DNA of 32,000 nucleotides, from positions 756-32,755 of the forward strand of contig NZ_SNUY01000013.1 in assembly GCF_004376175.1 (NCBI RefSeq). The letters run 5' to 3'. Positions 1 through 8,124 of the stretch are shown here, piece after piece; the first letter of the stretch is position 1; every line of letters starts with the position of its first letter. Both the position numbers and the translations under genes were made by a program. Source of the DNA: Halalkalibacterium halodurans. GTDB lineage: Bacteria; Bacillota; Bacilli; Bacillales; Bacillaceae_D. Below the pieces are notes generated by a model. That model saw only the letters and a list, made by a program, of their open reading frames with translations, was not told where the DNA came from and made no database searches.

Positions 1-405
1 GGCTTAGGGGCGGTGACTGTTGGATTATTCTTTGCGGAAGTTGGGGACATTTCAAAGTACTCTCATCCTCAACAATTAGTGAACTTAGCAGGGCTATCAT
101 TACGTGAGCACAGTTCAGGTAAATTTAAAGGGCAAACAAGGATTACAAAGCGAGGAAGGAAACGATTACGCCGAGCCTTATATTTAGCGATTCGTCCCCT
201 TGTCGCCCATAATTCAACATTTAAAGCCCTGCATCACTATTACACCAAACGCCCTGAACGCCCTTTGAAAAAGCAACAATCTTTGATTGCCTTGTGTTGT
301 AAGTTACTACGTGTGTTGTTTGTCATTGGTCAAAAACAGTGTGAATTTGATGGTTCAAGATTAATAAAAGATATTCCTCAAATGGATGGATTACAGGCAG
401 TGTAA
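1..405 (+). CDS. IS110-family (DEDD) transposase, C-terminal part; the 5' end lies upstream of the window
   Basis: Frame 1 is open from base 1, so the ORF-track Met at 13 is internal. The translation (..GLSLREHSSGKFKGQTRITKRGRKRLRRALYLAIRPL..) matches the conserved C-terminal Transposase_20-type module of IS110/IS1111 transposases. The stop is at 403-405. Confidence 0.85.
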   Translation, partial: GLGAVTVGLFFAEVGDISKYSHPQQLVNLAGLSLREHSSGKFKGQTRITKRGRKRLRRALYLAIRPLVAHNSTFKALHHYYTKRPERPLKKQQSLIALCCKLLRVLFVIGQKQCEFDGSRLIKDIPQMDGLQAV

Positions 406-430
406 CCTTAGAAAGCAGATCACCCAAAGT

Positions 431-540
431 GGCTTGACACGGAGCCTCTGCGGGCATGGCTCCTTGGCGAAGCGGCGAGTCATCCAATGATTCGCCCATG
501 GCTAAGGAAGCCTACCATGCCCGCCACTCCATGTAAAGCC
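431..540 (+). ncRNA. Candidate structured RNA (110-nt rod-like hairpin) in the 3' non-coding end of the IS110-family element
   Basis: Hand-folded helices: 431-444/527-540 (12 of 14 pairs); 450-459/515-524 (gcgggcatgg/ccatgcccgc, 10 of 10); 461-468/501-508 (8 bp, one G-U); 474-482/488-496 (9 bp, one G-U). The apical loop is tccaa. The region is non-coding on both strands. Confidence 0.35.
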
Positions 541-930
541 GTGCATCATCTGTATACTTACAAATAACAAACACCAATAGTGCAGAGTCGGAGTTTATTT
601 TCACCATACGGGCTTATGACCCAGCAAAGGAGCTTATCCGACCTCCACCTCATGGATACGCAGGACGAAGGAAGGTATGGATACCAATCCGGAGAGACAT
701 GGGAGGGTTAGCGACCGTGAGTAGCGTGGAGATTTATAGGCACGGTCATACTACTCAATTACCAAACTATACCAGTTTGGACGTTAGGATGGATTATCCC
801 CTGTAAGAAATTTTAATTCGTTCTACTTCTATCCAGTAGTACTGGTGAGATTACTATTTGGTGTTAGTGAAATTTGGAGAATACATGAGTATTAGCGAGA
901 AAATTAAACTTTATTGAGGGAGGTATTCGT

Positions 931-1605
931 ATGTCTTTTGCAGCCAGTTTGTATGAAAAAGCTCAGCCTATTTGGAAGGCTGGTTACAACCATCCATTTG
1001 TTCAAGGGATTGGTGACGGCACACTAGAGAAGTCGAAATTTCAATTTTTCATGAAGCAAGACTATTTGTATTTGATCGATTACGCGCGCCTTTTCGCCCT
1101 TGGGACATTGAAAGGAAACGACCTACAAACAATGTCAACGTTCTCCAAGCTTCTCCACGCAACGTTAAATGTTGAAATGGATTTGCACCGAGCGTATGCA
1201 AAACGACTCGGCATTTCGGCAGAGGAACTGGAGGCAACTGAACCAGCCGCGACAACCCTCGCTTATACGAGCTACATGCTTAATGTAGCACAGCGCGGCT
1301 CGTTGCTTGACTTAATCGCTGCGGTTCTTCCATGCACATGGAGCTATTACGAAATTGGGGTCAAACTCAAAGGCATCCCTGGTGCTTCTGATCATCCTTT
1401 TTATGGCGAATGGATCAAGCTTTATGCTTCTGATGAATTCAAAGAGCTCGCCGATTGGTTAATTCAAATGCTAGATGAGGAGGCAAAAGGGCTATCTTCA
1501 AAAGAAAAAGCCAAGCTAGAGACGATCTTCCTAACGACAAGTCGATTGGAAAACGAGTTTTGGGACATGGCGTACAACGAACGTATGTGGAACTACAATG
1601 GTTAA
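931..1605 (+). CDS. tenA: Thiaminase II / aminopyrimidine aminohydrolase TenA
   Basis: The 224-aa product has a TenA/PqqC-like sequence (..GYNHPFVQGIGDGTLEKSKFQFFMKQDYLYLIDYARLFALG..). A GGAGG-type RBS (gagggaggt) sits upstream. It is the first gene of a thiamine-pyrimidine salvage cluster. Confidence 0.9.
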   Translation: MSFAASLYEKAQPIWKAGYNHPFVQGIGDGTLEKSKFQFFMKQDYLYLIDYARLFALGTLKGNDLQTMSTFSKLLHATLNVEMDLHRAYAKRLGISAEELEATEPAATTLAYTSYMLNVAQRGSLLDLIAAVLPCTWSYYEIGVKLKGIPGASDHPFYGEWIKLYASDEFKELADWLIQMLDEEAKGLSSKEKAKLETIFLTTSRLENEFWDMAYNERMWNYNG

Positions 1606-2347
1606 AGAGCTGTTAACGTTTGAGGAGGTTTCCTTTACCTACTCTTCCTCCTCACCTGTCATTGAGCGACTTTCGTTTACTGTGTTTGAAAATGAGATCG
1701 TTGCGATTTTAGCAAAAAGCGGTTCAGGGAAAAGCACACTGTTTCGCTTGATCACCGGATTAGAATCACCCGATCAAGGGACGATTGTTTGTCATGCTCA
1801 AGGAAAGATCGGTTACATGCCACAGCAAGACTTACTGTTACCTTGGCTCACGATTTTAGAAAATGTGTCCCTTCCCCTTGAAATTCAAGGAAAAGACAAA
1901 AAAGAAGCCAAAATAATTGCAGCTTCTTTTTTCAACCGGTTCGGTTTAGTAGGGACCGAATCTCTTTATCCTGATGCCCTATCTGGAGGAATGCGACAAC
2001 GGGCGGCTTTTTTACGTGCGACATTAACAAGCGAAACACTCCTACTACTAGATGAACCGTTTGCCTCATTGGATAGTTTGACAAAAACGTCGATGCACCG
2101 CTGGTTAGTATCGATGTGGGAAAAGGAAAAACGAACGCTTTTGCTCGTCACCCACGATATTGAAGAGGCCCTCCTGCTATCTGACCGTCTGTTCATTTTT
2201 ACGAATCAGCCTCTTCATGGCTTTACTGAAGTTCAAGTGCCGCCGGACTTAAGGCGTAAAATGGAAACCACAGAAGAGATGGAGCAACACCGGTCCTCAT
2301 TAAAAAAAGACATTCGTGCCTTATTGATAGAGGAGTCGTTGCGATGA
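1598..2347 (+). CDS. thiZ: ABC transporter ATP-binding protein (NitT/TauT-type), ThiZ-like
   Basis: Walker A (GSGKST), ABC signature (LSGGMRQR) and Walker B (LLLLDEPFASLD) are present. It overlaps the tenA stop by 8 nt and the next gene by ATGA, consistent with operon coupling. Confidence 0.85.
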   Translation: MVKELLTFEEVSFTYSSSSPVIERLSFTVFENEIVAILAKSGSGKSTLFRLITGLESPDQGTIVCHAQGKIGYMPQQDLLLPWLTILENVSLPLEIQGKDKKEAKIIAASFFNRFGLVGTESLYPDALSGGMRQRAAFLRATLTSETLLLLDEPFASLDSLTKTSMHRWLVSMWEKEKRTLLLVTHDIEEALLLSDRLFIFTNQPLHGFTEVQVPPDLRRKMETTEEMEQHRSSLKKDIRALLIEESLR

Positions 2348-3096
2348 AAAGATCCTATCAAGCACTCGAACCTACTCTTTTCTTTCTAATGCTGATGGTG
2401 ATATGGGAGATTAGCGCTCGTATGATCGGTCAACCGTACCTTCTCCCCTCACCGATCCAAATCGTCATGCGTACGATTGATCTTTCGGAATCGTTGTTCT
2501 TTACCCATCTACCTGCTACCTTGGCGATCATCTCAATCGGATTGGCCCTGTCAATCGTACTCGGAATCCTCCTTTCCTTGCTTATGTTTTGGAACGAACG
2601 GGTCGAACGAGCGGTCTATCCGTTGCTAGTGGCTAGTCAAACGATTCCTGTTATTGCACTAGCGCCGATTTTCGTTTTATGGTTCGGCTACAGCATTTGG
2701 AGTAAAGTCGCCGTTACGGTTTTGTTGACCTTTTTCCCGATTACAGTAAATACGTACGATGGATTGAAGAGTACGAACCGCCAGTATGAGGAACTGTTTT
2801 ACACGATGGGAGCGACGAAAAGGCAGTTGTTTTTTCGACTGTTCGTCCCATCGACGCTGCCTTCCTTTTTAACAGGCCTTCGCATCGCTGTTCCTTTGGC
2901 GGTCATTGGTGCTGCTGTTGGTGAATGGTTAGGTGCTAACGAAGGACTCGGTTATTTCAGCAGAAGAATGATGACTCAATTTGACGGACCCGGTGTTTTC
3001 GCACCGATTTTCATCTTATCGTTACTCGGGATTTTAGGCTTTGCTGCAATTAAAAAGCTAGAGAACATCTTACTACCTTGGAGGAAAAAACAATGA
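2344..3096 (+). CDS. thiX: ABC transporter permease (BPD_transp_1 type), ThiX-like
   Basis: The 250-aa protein is polytopic and hydrophobic. It lies between the ATPase and the NMT1/THI5-like binding protein. Confidence 0.85.
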   Translation: MKRSYQALEPTLFFLMLMVIWEISARMIGQPYLLPSPIQIVMRTIDLSESLFFTHLPATLAIISIGLALSIVLGILLSLLMFWNERVERAVYPLLVASQTIPVIALAPIFVLWFGYSIWSKVAVTVLLTFFPITVNTYDGLKSTNRQYEELFYTMGATKRQLFFRLFVPSTLPSFLTGLRIAVPLAVIGAAVGEWLGANEGLGYFSRRMMTQFDGPGVFAPIFILSLLGILGFAAIKKLENILLPWRKKQ

Positions 3097-4085
3097 AATC
3101 ATTTAAAATCATAAGTCTGCTTTTAGCGATTCTTTTTTTAGCAAGCTGTCAAACGAATACAGCATCTGATGATGAAGCATTAGAGACGGTTGAAGTGATG
3201 CTCGACTGGTATCCAAATGCCGTCCACACGTTCTTATATGTTGCGATCGAAAATGGCTATTTTGCAGAGGAAGGATTAGACGTGGACATCGTCTTCCCTA
3301 CGAATCCAACCGATCCTATTCAACTGACAGCGAGCGGGGCGATTCCCCTTGCGCTTAGCTACCAACCAGATGTGATTTTGGCCCGTTCAAAAGACTTGCC
3401 GGTTGTGTCTGTTGCATCCGTCGTTCGTTCCCCGCTCAATCATGTGATGTTTTTGGCTGAACAAGATTTCGATTCACCTGCTGACTTAGTCGGACTTACG
3501 GTTGGCTACCCAGGAATCCCAGTCAATGAACCGATTTTAAAAACGATGGTGGAAGCTGCTGGAGGTGATTATGAGCAAGTCCATTTAATGGACGTCGGCT
3601 TCGAATTAGGAGCATCGATCGTGAGCGGTCGTGCCGATGCCGTTGTCGGAACATACATCAACCACGAATACCCGGTGTTAAAGCACGAAGGGCACGACAT
3701 TTCCTACTTCAATCCCGTTGATTATGGTGTGCCTGAGTATGATGAGCTCGTGCTTATTTCAAATGAAGCATACGTTGAAGAGTCTGGGGAAGTGCTTGCG
3801 GCCTTTTGGCGTGCAGCATCAAAAGGGTACGAATGGATGGTTGAGAATCCTGATGAAGCGTTGAATGTGCTCCTCACAAACCAAGATGAGGCAAACTTCC
3901 CGCTTATTCAAGAAGTAGAAGAGGAAAGCCTCTCCATATTGCTAGAGAAAATGGAAAATCCGAATGGACCGTTTGGTGGACAAGATGCTGAATCTTGGGA
4001 AGAAGTGATTAGTTGGCTAGATGCTCATGACTGGCTCGAACAACCTGTTGTTGCAGAAGACGCCTTTTCATCCATTACGGATTGA
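3093..4085 (+). CDS. thiY: NMT1/THI5-like substrate-binding lipoprotein, ThiY-like (pyrimidine precursor binding)
   Basis: The Met at 3093 was chosen because ggagg lies 8 nt upstream. The signal peptide has a lipobox (MKSFKIISLLLAILFLASC). The mature part (VMLDWYPNAVHTFLYVAIENGYF..) is NMT1/THI5-like. The ORF-track start is 3078. Confidence 0.85.
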   Translation: MKSFKIISLLLAILFLASCQTNTASDDEALETVEVMLDWYPNAVHTFLYVAIENGYFAEEGLDVDIVFPTNPTDPIQLTASGAIPLALSYQPDVILARSKDLPVVSVASVVRSPLNHVMFLAEQDFDSPADLVGLTVGYPGIPVNEPILKTMVEAAGGDYEQVHLMDVGFELGASIVSGRADAVVGTYINHEYPVLKHEGHDISYFNPVDYGVPEYDELVLISNEAYVEESGEVLAAFWRAASKGYEWMVENPDEALNVLLTNQDEANFPLIQEVEEESLSILLEKMENPNGPFGGQDAESWEEVISWLDAHDWLEQPVVAEDAFSSITD

Positions 4086-4090
4086 TAAGT

Positions 4091-4130
4091 AAAAAAGCAG
4101 CGTGCCGATCAAGCACGTTGCCTTTTTTTA
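4091..4130. terminator. Bidirectional rho-independent terminator between thiY and the MscS-family gene
   Basis: Stem 4097-4105/4113-4121 (9 bp, one G-U), with an A-run at 4091-4096 and a T-run at 4123-4129. Confidence 0.8.
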
Positions 4131-4150
4131 TTGGTCTTTTTCTTTTGATT

Positions 4151-5266
4151 CTAACGCTCTTGCGGAGGTAAGATCTCATCCTCTGATTCTCGCTTCATAT
4201 ACACGCTGCGGCTCGGGAACGCAACAGATACTCCTTCTTCCTCTAAAATCTCGATGATTTTTAAGTTGATCTCTTCTTTCACCACATACCATTCAGACCA
4301 GACGATGGTGTTCGTAAAGAAATAGATAAAAATATCGAGGCTAGAGGAGTTAAATTCACTAAAATGAACCATGATCACCTCTTGATCCACTTGATCGTGC
4401 TGACGCAAATAGGCTTCAATTTTCGTTCGCACCGATTGGAGCTGCTCTTTCGTCGTTGCGTATTCAAGTCCAAGGTTAAACGTAATCCGTCGTTTTCGCA
4501 TCTGGGACCAGTTCGTAATCGGTTCACTTGCAAGCGTTGAGTTCGGAACGGTTACCACCGAATCCGCAAACGTGCGAACTCTCGTGCTACGGAACGTTAT
4601 ATCTTCAACCACACCCTCAACAGTTGGCGTCTGGATCCAATCCCCTTTCGAGAATGGCTTTTCAGTCACGATAATGACCCCGCCGAAAAAATTGCCGATC
4701 GTATCTTGTGCGGCCAAGGCAAACGCCAATCCCCCTAAGCCTAGACCTGCGATAAAGCCACCGATCTTAAACTCCCATTCCGCAAGGATGATCAGAATGG
4801 TGAGGGCCACGACAATAAACCGTAGCATTTTGGACAAAAACGGGATAACCATACTGTTTTCATCAAGATCCATCCATTTGGCAATTGTTAAGAAGATCGT
4901 CGAATGGGCCCCTGTATAATTAAAAAATCCCCATCCTAAAAGTAAAATTAATAGCGAACGGTACAAGTGGTCTACAAAGGCGACAGCTGTCACGGGGAAC
5001 GGCAAAGCCATAAGAGCTAAGTATGTTCCGAGAATAATCCAAAACGCCCGCAACGGCTTCTCAAAGGAAAGTAACAAGTTTGTAAGGACGTCGGTTTTCG
5101 ACTTTTTCGCTAGCCGTAAAATAAGCTTAAAAATATACTTCGTAAATACTTTTCGAAATACAAGAAAGATGATAAAAATCGCAACGGGTATAAGATAGTC
5201 TTGCCAGTTAAACCGTTCAAACGATTGAACAAAACGTTCCCATTGTCTCGCGTAATATGAATTCAT
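4151..5266 (-). CDS. Mechanosensitive ion channel, MscS family
   Basis: N-terminal TM helices are followed by the MscS beta-domain region (..GGVIIVTEKPFSKGDWIQTPTVEGVVEDITFRSTRVRTFADSVVTVPNS..). The start at 5266 (MNSYYARQW) has an aggtg RBS. The ORF-track TTG at 5314 lacks one. Confidence 0.85.
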   Translation of the reverse strand: MNSYYARQWERFVQSFERFNWQDYLIPVAIFIIFLVFRKVFTKYIFKLILRLAKKSKTDVLTNLLLSFEKPLRAFWIILGTYLALMALPFPVTAVAFVDHLYRSLLILLLGWGFFNYTGAHSTIFLTIAKWMDLDENSMVIPFLSKMLRFIVVALTILIILAEWEFKIGGFIAGLGLGGLAFALAAQDTIGNFFGGVIIVTEKPFSKGDWIQTPTVEGVVEDITFRSTRVRTFADSVVTVPNSTLASEPITNWSQMRKRRITFNLGLEYATTKEQLQSVRTKIEAYLRQHDQVDQEVIMVHFSEFNSSSLDIFIYFFTNTIVWSEWYVVKEEINLKIIEILEEEGVSVAFPSRSVYMKRESEDEILPPQER

Positions 5267-5552
5267 GGTAACACCTACTTTTCTCTCTCGATTGTTAACA
5301 AACCGGATGTGCAAGCCATCTAATCTTCTCTCCTCTAATTTGCTATTTTAGCACAGATAGAGCTGACGATTGTATTAGAAAAACATAATCCTTTTCTGTT
5401 TGAACGAGACAGTTTCAAAAAAGCCCGCTCAAAAAAGCAGCAGCAACCGTAGCAACAAAGTTCAACGAATCGCTTGGGCTTAGGATGATTGACGCTTGGC
5501 ATCTCATTTTAGGCTTTCTTTGTTTTAAAGGACTTGCCACTTTTCACTCCTA

Positions 5553-5589
5553 CAAAAAAAGCTCCTCCTTACTCAGTAGGAGGTAGCTC
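5553..5589 (-). terminator. Rho-independent terminator overlapping the stop codon of the YtxH-like gene
   Basis: On the minus strand the sequence is agctacctcct-actgagta-aggaggagct followed by ttttttt. The hairpin is at about 5561-5588 and the T-run corresponds to the plus-strand A-run at 5554-5560. Confidence 0.75.
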
Positions 5590-5901
5590 ATTTTCGACAA
5601 CTTCGCGAATCATTTCACCGATTTGATTGTCCTCTTGATTTTCTCTTGGCCTTCTAGAGTGTCTGCCTTTTTGTCCTTTAAGTGTTTGTGCAAGATCATC
5701 GCTCCACTCATTCCCGATTTCCATCATCGTCGCGGTTACTTTCCCTTGTCTAAGACCGTCTAACTGCTTTATCATATTTTTACGAGTGACTTCTCCTCGC
5801 TCAGGGGCAAACAACAAGGCACTAGCCGCGCCAACGACTCCTCCTAAAAGAGCACCAACAAACATGCCGTTCATGCTTGAATTTCTTCTTCTTTGAAACA
5901 T
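5569..5901 (-). CDS. YtxH-like general stress protein (N-terminal membrane anchor)
   Basis: The N-terminus GALLGGVVGAASALLFAPERGEVTRK is the YtxH-family signature. An aaaggag RBS is present. Confidence 0.7.
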   Translation of the reverse strand: MFQRRRNSSMNGMFVGALLGGVVGAASALLFAPERGEVTRKNMIKQLDGLRQGKVTATMMEIGNEWSDDLAQTLKGQKGRHSRRPRENQEDNQIGEMIREVVENELPPTE

Positions 5902-6046
5902 AGGTTGTACTCCTTTCTCATTCAGTCACATATAGTGTTAACAAAAATGGATTGAATATGTGAGTTCCCGTTATAGTTTCATTTTTCGCTGAAAAAGGAA
6001 TAAATAAAAAGATCGTCTTATTTATGAGAAAAGGATGTGATACGGC

Positions 6047-6502
6047 ATGAGCAAACGTCCGAAAGCACTTCAGAACATTATTGATTTCCGCTACGTTCAA
6101 ACCGTCGGATTTTGGGAGCGTTTTCAAAAATTTAAACAAGAAGATTTCATTAGTGAAGAGTCAAAATTTTTTATTCTCACTCATTTTGCGGTGATGACGG
6201 CAGACGTCGTAAATTCTCTTTCAGGCTTCCACTCTGATGAATGGGAGGAAGAAGACGAGGCCATCTTCCCGTTTTTATCTGAAAGGGGAAAAGAATTTAT
6301 TGCCCGCCAAGAAGAAATACCAGGACATGAGGAGATCAAAGTAAAAGACTTTCACGAAGTTCTCGTTTTAAAGAATGTCTCGATCCAACCGTTCGTCTCA
6401 AAACAAACGATCAAAATGCAGCAAATGCTTTTATTTAGTGATCAAGTCGTCGGTATGACATTTGGCGAAGTCCCTGAACCAACAGACGAAGATGATGAAT
6501 GA
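6047..6502 (+). CDS. Hypothetical protein with acidic C-terminus
   Basis: 151-aa ORF with a weak RBS (aaaaggatgtg). I recognise no family. The overlapping antisense ORF 5918..6139 is judged spurious. Confidence 0.5.
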   Translation: MSKRPKALQNIIDFRYVQTVGFWERFQKFKQEDFISEESKFFILTHFAVMTADVVNSLSGFHSDEWEEEDEAIFPFLSERGKEFIARQEEIPGHEEIKVKDFHEVLVLKNVSIQPFVSKQTIKMQQMLLFSDQVVGMTFGEVPEPTDEDDE

Positions 6503-6815
6503 GCCTGAGATCTTCGGAAATTATTTTTACTATATAAATTGAATTAAAGGGTTACAATCACTCTCTGTCGAAGTATAAGCGTAACACTTATCAATGAATG
6601 GAGAGAAACCCAATCGGATTAACCCCCTAAATTTGGACATAATCACAACTTTTTAAGTTATTTCTCAAAAATGCTCTTTGTTTCGTCTTTTTGTAGTATA
6701 GCCTGTCCGTCCATTTCATCAAGGGTAAAGGCTTACGCCCGTGTATCCACGCCCTTGATTTCATTCCCGTCCAGGCTACTGGGTAATTAAGACGAAACAA
6801 GGCATGAGTCTCGCT

Positions 6816-7772
6816 TTAAACGCGTACTTCCTGAATGGGAATCAACCCCCGCCTGTTCTGTTCATAAAATGTCTCTGGTGCCAGATAGTGGATGCTCGAG
6901 TGAATACGCTGCTTGTTGTAAAACCGGATAAATTCTGTCACTGCCTTATATGCCTCTTGGTATGTATCAAAGACCATACGGTCTAGACACTCATCCTGTA
7001 AAATGCGATGAAACGCTTCGATGTGAGCGTTCATATTTGGCATTTTTGGAGGTATACGCTCATGCTCTACCTTCAAAGTTGCACAGCCTTGGTGAAAACG
7101 CTGGGATATATACTGTGGTCCATTATCAGAACGGATAATCAGGTCATGCTCTCGATTAAACAGTTGCCTTTTAAGCAGCGCACGTTGAAGGGCACGTACC
7201 GCATCTTCAGCTTGGCAACTTAAGCCAATGTGAAAATCGATGACCGTCCGATCATAAACATCGATGTAAGACAGGAGAAAGAAGAAGCGTTGTTCTCCTT
7301 CAATAAAACCATATTTAATGTCGGTTTCCCACAATTGATTGGAATCGGTTATGACTTTGTTTCGCGCTACACGTTTCGGTGGTTTGTTTTGCTTCTCGCG
7401 TTGGGGACGCAAGATGCCAAGTTCTTTACATAGGCGATAAACTTTCTTTTTGTTAATGATCAACTGACACTGTCGACGTAAAACCATCGTTAATTTGTGG
7501 TAGCCATAGGATTGACCCTCATGGGCGACAAGATCCAACAACCACGCTTTAATCTGTTCATCCGAAACTTTTATCCCTTTATGGTTATATGAATACCCCG
7601 GTGCTGGTCGTCCCTCACTCACTGTTTTTTCTTTCACACGATAATATTTGCGGTAGTAATAAGTCGAACGGGCGATGCCTATGATTTTCAGCACCGTTCT
7701 GATGGGGTATCCTTTACGAATCCATTTGTCAGCTACTTCAATTTTTTCAGCAAGTGAGGGTTTTTCTTTTTT
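6816..7772 (-). CDS. IS3-family transposase OrfB (DDE integrase core), expressed as an OrfAB fusion by -1 frameshift
   Basis: The -1 frame is open from the slippery site (KKEKPSLAEKIEVADKWIRKGYPIRTVLKIIGIARSTYYY..). The rve-type core shows WETDIKY..D..NGPQY..E motifs. The ORF-track start 7694 is an internal GTG. Confidence 0.9.
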   Translation of the reverse strand, partial: KKEKPSLAEKIEVADKWIRKGYPIRTVLKIIGIARSTYYYRKYYRVKEKTVSEGRPAPGYSYNHKGIKVSDEQIKAWLLDLVAHEGQSYGYHKLTMVLRRQCQLIINKKKVYRLCKELGILRPQREKQNKPPKRVARNKVITDSNQLWETDIKYGFIEGEQRFFFLLSYIDVYDRTVIDFHIGLSCQAEDAVRALQRALLKRQLFNREHDLIIRSDNGPQYISQRFHQGCATLKVEHERIPPKMPNMNAHIEAFHRILQDECLDRMVFDTYQEAYKAVTEFIRFYNKQRIHSSIHYLAPETFYEQNRRGLIPIQEVRV

Positions 7773-8050
7773 AATAGATCACGGAGAATGGCAATCTCCA
7801 GGTCTTTTTCACCTAATAGTTTCTTCAGTTGCTCATTCTCCTGTGACAATGCTTTTGCATCGAGTGTTGGGGTTGCCGTAATATCTACATCGCCAAATTT
7901 ACCGTCTTGATATTCCTTTGTCCAACGATGCACCAGATTAGGATGGATATCATACCGACGGGCCACAGCAGCCTTATTTCCGGCCTCTAAGGCCTCCTTG
8001 ACAACTTGTATTTTAAATTCAACAGAATGTCTTTGGCGTTTCATATTCAT
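7733..8050 (-). CDS. IS3-family transposase OrfA (HTH, Transposase_8-like)
   Basis: 105 aa (MKRQRHSVEFKIQVVKEALEAGNKAAVARRYDIHPNLVHRWTKEY..) with a leucine-zipper-like C-terminus ending just past the slippery site. Confidence 0.9.
   Translation of the reverse strand: MNMKRQRHSVEFKIQVVKEALEAGNKAAVARRYDIHPNLVHRWTKEYQDGKFGDVDITATPTLDAKALSQENEQLKKLLGEKDLEIAILRDLLKKKNPHLLKKLK
7766..7772 (-). promoter_or_regulatory. Programmed -1 ribosomal frameshift heptamer A_AAA_AAG of the IS3 element
   Basis: The minus strand reads tta AAA AAG aaa in the orfA zero frame (LLKKK). orfB is open in the -1 frame from this point. Confidence 0.8.
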
Positions 8051-8124
8051 CAGCCCCCTAATTTTATAGTTAATAGTTTAATAGATCACACCTTAGTTGT
8101 CCAAATTCATTAGGGGGCTTATAG

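Larger units (their letters stand above)
1..800 (+). mobile_element. IS110-family insertion sequence, 3' portion; right boundary not determinable (somewhere between about 550 and 900)
   Basis: The transposase C-terminus is followed by a long flank with no ORF of 60 aa or more on either strand and with dense secondary structure. IS110-family elements lack classical terminal inverted repeats, so the end cannot be read from one copy. Confidence 0.5.
6619..8121 (-). mobile_element. Complete IS3-family insertion sequence (orfA/orfB with -1 frameshift); ends +/- 5 bp
   Basis: Imperfect terminal inverted repeats: 6621-6640 aaccccctaaatttggaca versus the reverse complement of 8097-8120, aagccccctaatgaatttggaca. 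An orfA HTH ORF and an orfB DDE ORF lie in the -1 frame, joined at an A_AAA_AAG site. Confidence 0.85.

Noticed and set aside
780-930. Possible TPP (THI-box) riboswitch in front of tenA, suggested by ctggtgaga at 842-850.
   Set aside because: The conserved CUGAGA core is not intact. No ACCUGAUC..GGAUAAUGCC..GCG partner or P1-P5 pairing could be found anywhere in 406-930.
1049-2196. Antisense ORFs inside tenA and thiZ (1049..1255 and 1966..2196). The same type occurs at 4572..4919, 7008..7433, 9478..10219, 14839..15408, 16341..17081, 17908..18186, 20263..20741, 22756..24351, 25135..25332, 25825..26349, 27074..27274, 28784..29104 and 30408..30638.
   Set aside because: These are shadow ORFs fully embedded opposite genes with strong family signatures. 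They lack an RBS and have low-complexity or atypical composition.
5380-5470. Possible third, partial copy of the dispersed repeat. The sequence gtttcaaaaaagcccgctc..agcagcagcaa resembles gtttcaaaaaacactcgc..agcagcaa of copy A.
   Set aside because: The similarity is limited to about 30 nt of low-complexity sequence. There is no terminator-hairpin block or cccctata block, so it is likely chance.
5918-6139. 73-aa minus-strand ORF between the YtxH-like gene and the 151-aa hypothetical gene.
   Set aside because: It overlaps the start of the better-supported plus-strand ORF, has no RBS and shows no recognisable fold. The region is more likely promoter DNA.
6503-6618. N-terminal part of the IS630-family transposase to the left of the IS3 element.
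   Set aside because: All three plus-strand frames contain stops. Only a 9-codon stretch (MNGEKPNRI) is vaguely IS630-like, which is insufficient to call.
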